Of a stretch of 64,000 nucleotides of DNA, positions 60,415 through 64,000 are shown piece after piece. Positions within the stretch are counted from its first letter, which is position 1; each line of letters begins with the position of its first letter. Both the position numbers and the translations under genes were made by a program. The notes below the pieces were generated by a model that saw only the letters and a list, made by a program, of their open reading frames with translations, had not been told where the DNA came from and searched no databases. Location: positions 1,312,001-1,376,000 of the forward strand of contig OY970355.1 in assembly GCA_963718525.1 (NCBI GenBank). The letters run 5' to 3'. Origin of the DNA: Candidatus Dormiibacterota bacterium. GTDB lineage: Bacteria > Chloroflexota > Dormibacteria > Aeolococcales > Aeolococcaceae.

Positions 60415-61683
60415 CTACGGGTAGATGCCTCGCACTGCCGTCGCGTCGGCGACCCGCTTCACCGCGACGAGGTAGGCGCCCAGGCGGAGCGACACGTGAT
60501 GGAGGTCGGCCTGGTCGCACATCTGGCCGAACGCCTTCTGCAGGATCTTCTTCAGCCGGACATTGATCTCGTCCTCCTCCCAGAAGAGCGACTGCAGATC
60601 CTGGACCCACTCGAAATACGAGACCGTCACACCGCCGGCGTTGGCGAGGATGTCGGGCACCACGGTGATCCCGCGACGTTCGAGGATGGTGTCCGCGTCG
60701 GGAGTTGTCGGCCCGTTGGCCCCCTCCACGATGAGCCGCGCCTGGATCCTGCCTGCGTTGCGCGCGGTGATCTGGTTCTCCATGGCCGCGGGCACGAGCA
60801 CGTCGACCCCGAGCTCCAGGAGCTCGGTATTGGTGACGGGCTCGGTGCCGGGAAATCCGTGAACGCCTCCGTGCTGCTGCCGGTGCGCGAGCAGTGCCGG
60901 GATGTCGAGACCGTCCCTGCAGTACACGCCGCCGCTCACATCCGCGATCGCGCAGATCGTGAATCCCGATTCATGCATCAGCTGCGCGGCCCAGCTGCCG
61001 ACGTTGCCGAAGCCCTGAAGGGCGACCGTCGTCTGCGACGGTTCCATTCCCAGGCGTTTGCACGCCTCGATGGCGACGATGTTCACGCCACGTCCGGTCG
61101 CGCTCGGGCGCCCCTCGCTACCGCCGATCTCCAGGGGCTTGCCGGTCACGGAGGCGGGGACCGAATACCCGGCCTGCATCGAGATCGTGTCCATGATCCA
61201 GGCCATGATCTCGGCGTTCGTGTTGACATCCGGCGCGGGGATGTCCGACTCCGGTCCCACCAGGACGCTGATCTCGGCGGCGAACCGGCGGGTGAGACGT
61301 TCGAGCTCTCGATGACTGAGCGTGGCGGGGTCGACGGCAACACCGCCCTTGGCACCGCCGTACGGCAGATTCGCGAGCGCGCACTTCCAGGTCATCCACA
61401 TCGCCAGTGCCTTGACCTCGTCGATGTCGGTCGCCGGATGAAACCGAAGGCCGCCCTTCGCAGGGCCACGAGTTACGTTGTGCTGGACGCGATAGCCCTC
61501 GAACATGCGGACGCTGCCGTCGTCCATCTTCACGGGGAAGCGCACGACCAGCTCCCGCCGAACCTCACGCAGCACCGCCCGCAAGCCCGATGAGAGATTG
61601 AGGATCTCAGCGGCATTGTCGAACTGGCGCTGGGCGTTCAGCCAGGGAGAGTCCACCACCGCCGGCGCGGCAACCGTGCTCAC
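60415..61683 (-). CDS. gdhA: Glu/Leu/Phe/Val dehydrogenase (glutamate dehydrogenase)
   Basis: RVQHN..RGPAKGG, MTWK, GGAKGG, PAPDVNT, GFGNVG, EGANGP and NAGGVTVSYFEW. Confidence 0.92.
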   Translation of the reverse strand: MSTVAAPAVVDSPWLNAQRQFDNAAEILNLSSGLRAVLREVRRELVVRFPVKMDDGSVRMFEGYRVQHNVTRGPAKGGLRFHPATDIDEVKALAMWMTWKCALANLPYGGAKGGVAVDPATLSHRELERLTRRFAAEISVLVGPESDIPAPDVNTNAEIMAWIMDTISMQAGYSVPASVTGKPLEIGGSEGRPSATGRGVNIVAIEACKRLGMEPSQTTVALQGFGNVGSWAAQLMHESGFTICAIADVSGGVYCRDGLDIPALLAHRQQHGGVHGFPGTEPVTNTELLELGVDVLVPAAMENQITARNAGRIQARLIVEGANGPTTPDADTILERRGITVVPDILANAGGVTVSYFEWVQDLQSLFWEEDEINVRLKKILQKAFGQMCDQADLHHVSLRLGAYLVAVKRVADATAVRGIYP

Positions 61684-61759
61684 GCTCAGGAGCCTAGCAG
61701 GCTCCCGCGCGCTTGGACGCAGCGAGGCGCACGCCGCCGGCACCTCTATACTGCCGCGA

Positions 61760-62080
61760 ATGTCCGAGACGGAGAGCGCCGAAGTGACGCCCGCCGCCGC
61801 GAGCGAAGCGATCGCCGACGGCGCCGTCCTCATCGACGTACGCGAGAAGTCGGAGTACGACGAGGCGCACATTCCCGGCTCGGTGCTGATCCCCCTGGGG
61901 CAGCTGGGAACTCGTCTCGACGAGGTCCCGACGGACCGGGATGTCTACGTGCACTGCCGGATGGGCGGTCGCAGCGCTCGCGCCGTCGACTACCTGCGGG
62001 CCGTCGGCCGGGCGAACTCCTACAACGTTTCTGGCGGGATCGAAGCCTGGGAGGAGGCCGGCCTGCCCGTGGCGCGCTGA
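61760..62080 (+). CDS. single-domain rhodanese
   Basis: IDVRE..EY..AHIPG, active-site loop CRMGGRS and GGIEAW. Confidence 0.9.
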   Translation: MSETESAEVTPAAASEAIADGAVLIDVREKSEYDEAHIPGSVLIPLGQLGTRLDEVPTDRDVYVHCRMGGRSARAVDYLRAVGRANSYNVSGGIEAWEEAGLPVAR

Positions 62081-62092
62081 CCGACCCGATCG

Positions 62093-62812
62093 TCAGCGGA
62101 CGGCGAAGGCGGTTGAACCGACAAGCTCGCCTCGATAGGTGATGGTCACCGTGTAGTTGCCGGGCGCGAAGCCGCCCCCGGGCGGGCTGAGCGCGACCAC
62201 TGTTGCGCCGGATTGGTTGAGCACATACGCGTTCTGGATGATCGTCTGCGCCGGCTGGCCCACGGACACCACGATCTGCACCGGAGCCTGGCCGGCGGGT
62301 CCCCCGGAGTTCACCTCGATGTCGACGACGGGCGTCTTCGCGGGGAACGAGACCTGCGTCTCGGGCACGGTTCCGGTACCACCGGGCGCCGAGGCAACAG
62401 GACGAACCCCGGTCAGCGAGATCTCCTGGGCGGTGTGCGCGGGCGTCTGTGGCGCCGCCGCGGGCTGGAGCAAACGGATCGTGATCAAGGCGATGAGGAG
62501 GATACCGACGAGGGTCGATCCGATGACGGCCAGGGGCAGTCTCGACCGGTGGTGCTCCAACGGTGGTGGCGGCTCCGGAGGCAGCTGCGAGAGCGACCCG
62601 CGGTGCGGAGCTCCGGCCTCGGCGATCGGCGAGAGAATCGGTTCCATCGCGGCGGCGACTGTCCATGGTCTCCCGACGGCCTCGAGCGGTGGCTTCGGGG
62701 CCGCTGGTGCGGCTGCGTGGGTTGCCGGGGGCCCCAGGCGCGCAGCGACATCAACGACACCGTCAATCGCGTTGGCGAGCCGGCCCCGTAGGAGCGAGCG
62801 CTGGTCAGGCAT
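62093..62812 (-). CDS. hypothetical single-TM protein with a Pro-rich cytoplasmic part and an Ig-like C-terminal domain
   Basis: One TM helix and a beta-rich C-terminus ending PGNYTVTITY...FAVR. Its start overlaps the upstream GT87 stop. Confidence 0.55.
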   Translation of the reverse strand: MPDQRSLLRGRLANAIDGVVDVAARLGPPATHAAAPAAPKPPLEAVGRPWTVAAAMEPILSPIAEAGAPHRGSLSQLPPEPPPPLEHHRSRLPLAVIGSTLVGILLIALITIRLLQPAAAPQTPAHTAQEISLTGVRPVASAPGGTGTVPETQVSFPAKTPVVDIEVNSGGPAGQAPVQIVVSVGQPAQTIIQNAYVLNQSGATVVALSPPGGGFAPGNYTVTITYRGELVGSTAFAVR

Positions 62813-64000
62813 TGCCGACACCTGCGGCAGAGCGCCTGCCCAGCTTGATTGCGACGCCGCCGGACCCCGCGCGGGCTGCCTGCCAGACCACCGCGACCAG
62901 CCCAGCCAGGAGCACCACGGCGACGGTGCTCTCGTTGAACGAGATCAAGGGGTTGAACAGTGACGCCGCCGTGTACGCCCCCACCAGGGCCACTGCGACC
63001 ACCGGGGCTCGCGGTGCGAGGACGGCAACTGGAACGGCGAGAAGCATGAGGCTGTAGTCGCCGAGGTGCGGCGAGAGCACGACCGAGAGTCCGATCGCGA
63101 TCGCGACCGCCGGAACCACGTTGCGCCGCATCGTGTCGCGAAGCACGAACATGGCGAGCACGGCGGACGCCGCCAGGGCCAGTGCCGCCGCCCAGGCGGC
63201 TGCGTTGCTCGCGAGGGGCCGCGCGATGAGGGTGGGAATCGAGTTGCTCTGAAGATCCAGGTGGGCATACGCCGGAGCCGTGACGAGGCCAACGGCGTCC
63301 AGGAGATGCGTGGAGCCTGCGACCGCGACCGACCCGATCAGCACAACCACTGCGCCGGCGGCGAGAGCGCCGAGCATCCGCCACTGCCTGGCCACGATCA
63401 GGGCCGGGGGCACGAGCCAGACGAGTTGCGGCTTGAGCAGGAGCGGGGCGAGCAGCAGGCCGGCGAACACCGGGCGCCCCCCGGCGAGCGCCTCGATGGC
63501 GAGCGTCGCAGCGAGCAGCATGAGACCGTCCGACTGGCCGAGGAGGATGCCGGTCCCGGCTTCCAGCGAGAACACTGCGATGACCACCAGGCTCACGGCC
63601 AGCGGCGTCCCGAGTAGGGGGGCTGCGCGACGGGCGAGGATCGCCGCCGAAAGCGTCATCGCCACGATGTTCAGGGTCACGAACACGTCGGTCCCTGTCT
63701 GCAACGGCAGCACTGCGAGCGGCTGGATCAGCCACGCCATCAGGGCTGGGTTGACGAAGGGGATCGGAAACGTGCCGCTCGCGGCGGGCGTGTACCCCAG
63801 CAGCTGCGCCTGAGCCGCGGCGAGGGCGCCGGGGCAGTAGACGCACGCGGATCCCCCGTGGACCACCCGCCCGGCGGAAGCGATCGCGAGGTAATCGACG
63901 GCTGAGCCGCCGCCGAACACGGTGTGCAGGTCGGCGATGGATCTGACCATCAGGTACACGGCGCAGACGCCCGCGACGCCGATGACCCATCGCCACCTCA
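62805..64000 (-). CDS. GT87/DUF2029 membrane glycosyltransferase (5' end at or beyond the window edge)
   Basis: VDY, PFVNP, LLGQ, LKPQL and SPH..DY, with many TM helices. The frame stays open to the window end. Confidence 0.78.
   Translation of the reverse strand, partial: RWRWVIGVAGVCAVYLMVRSIADLHTVFGGGSAVDYLAIASAGRVVHGGSACVYCPGALAAAQAQLLGYTPAASGTFPIPFVNPALMAWLIQPLAVLPLQTGTDVFVTLNIVAMTLSAAILARRAAPLLGTPLAVSLVVIAVFSLEAGTGILLGQSDGLMLLAATLAIEALAGGRPVFAGLLLAPLLLKPQLVWLVPPALIVARQWRMLGALAAGAVVVLIGSVAVAGSTHLLDAVGLVTAPAYAHLDLQSNSIPTLIARPLASNAAAWAAALALAASAVLAMFVLRDTMRRNVVPAVAIAIGLSVVLSPHLGDYSLMLLAVPVAVLAPRAPVVAVALVGAYTAASLFNPLISFNESTVAVVLLAGLVAVVWQAARAGSGGVAIKLGRRSAAGVGNA

Overview
High-GC bacterial chromosomal window made almost entirely of housekeeping and metabolic genes. 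Gene content and the many apparently leaderless genes suggest a monoderm lineage such as Ca. Dormibacterota, Chloroflexota or Actinomycetota (inference only). In order: (i) an acyl-CoA catabolic cluster (3-hydroxyacyl-CoA dehydrogenase, mce, MCM large subunit, pccB, sucCD, three acyl-CoA dehydrogenases, thiolase); (ii) two LCP proteins, a beta-propeller protein and a PPi-type PFK; (iii) a MeaB-isobutyryl-CoA-mutase fusion ORF; (iv) a polyphosphate module (response regulator with a PHO-box-like repeat, ppx, phoU, ppk1, CYTH-CHAD, SixA-like); (v) a PyrR-controlled pyr operon with fused carAB; (vi) amt, GGDEF-EAL, nfuA, an ATP-grasp protein and tRNA-Lys(UUU); (vii) a histone-H1-like protein, glycosyltransferases, a frameshifted apt, ahcY, an M16 peptidase, an amino-sugar/flippase operon, gdh and a GT87. 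I saw no CRISPR array, transposase, integrase or prophage. The most unusual signals are two palindromic MITE/REP-like inserts that seem to preserve translation. One sits between sucC and sucD and carries a relay of ATGA-overlapping mini-ORFs; the other is read in frame inside the CarA-CarB linker. The MeaB-IcmA fusion lacking a B12-binding domain is also notable. All calls come from motif reading by eye; no database searches were run.
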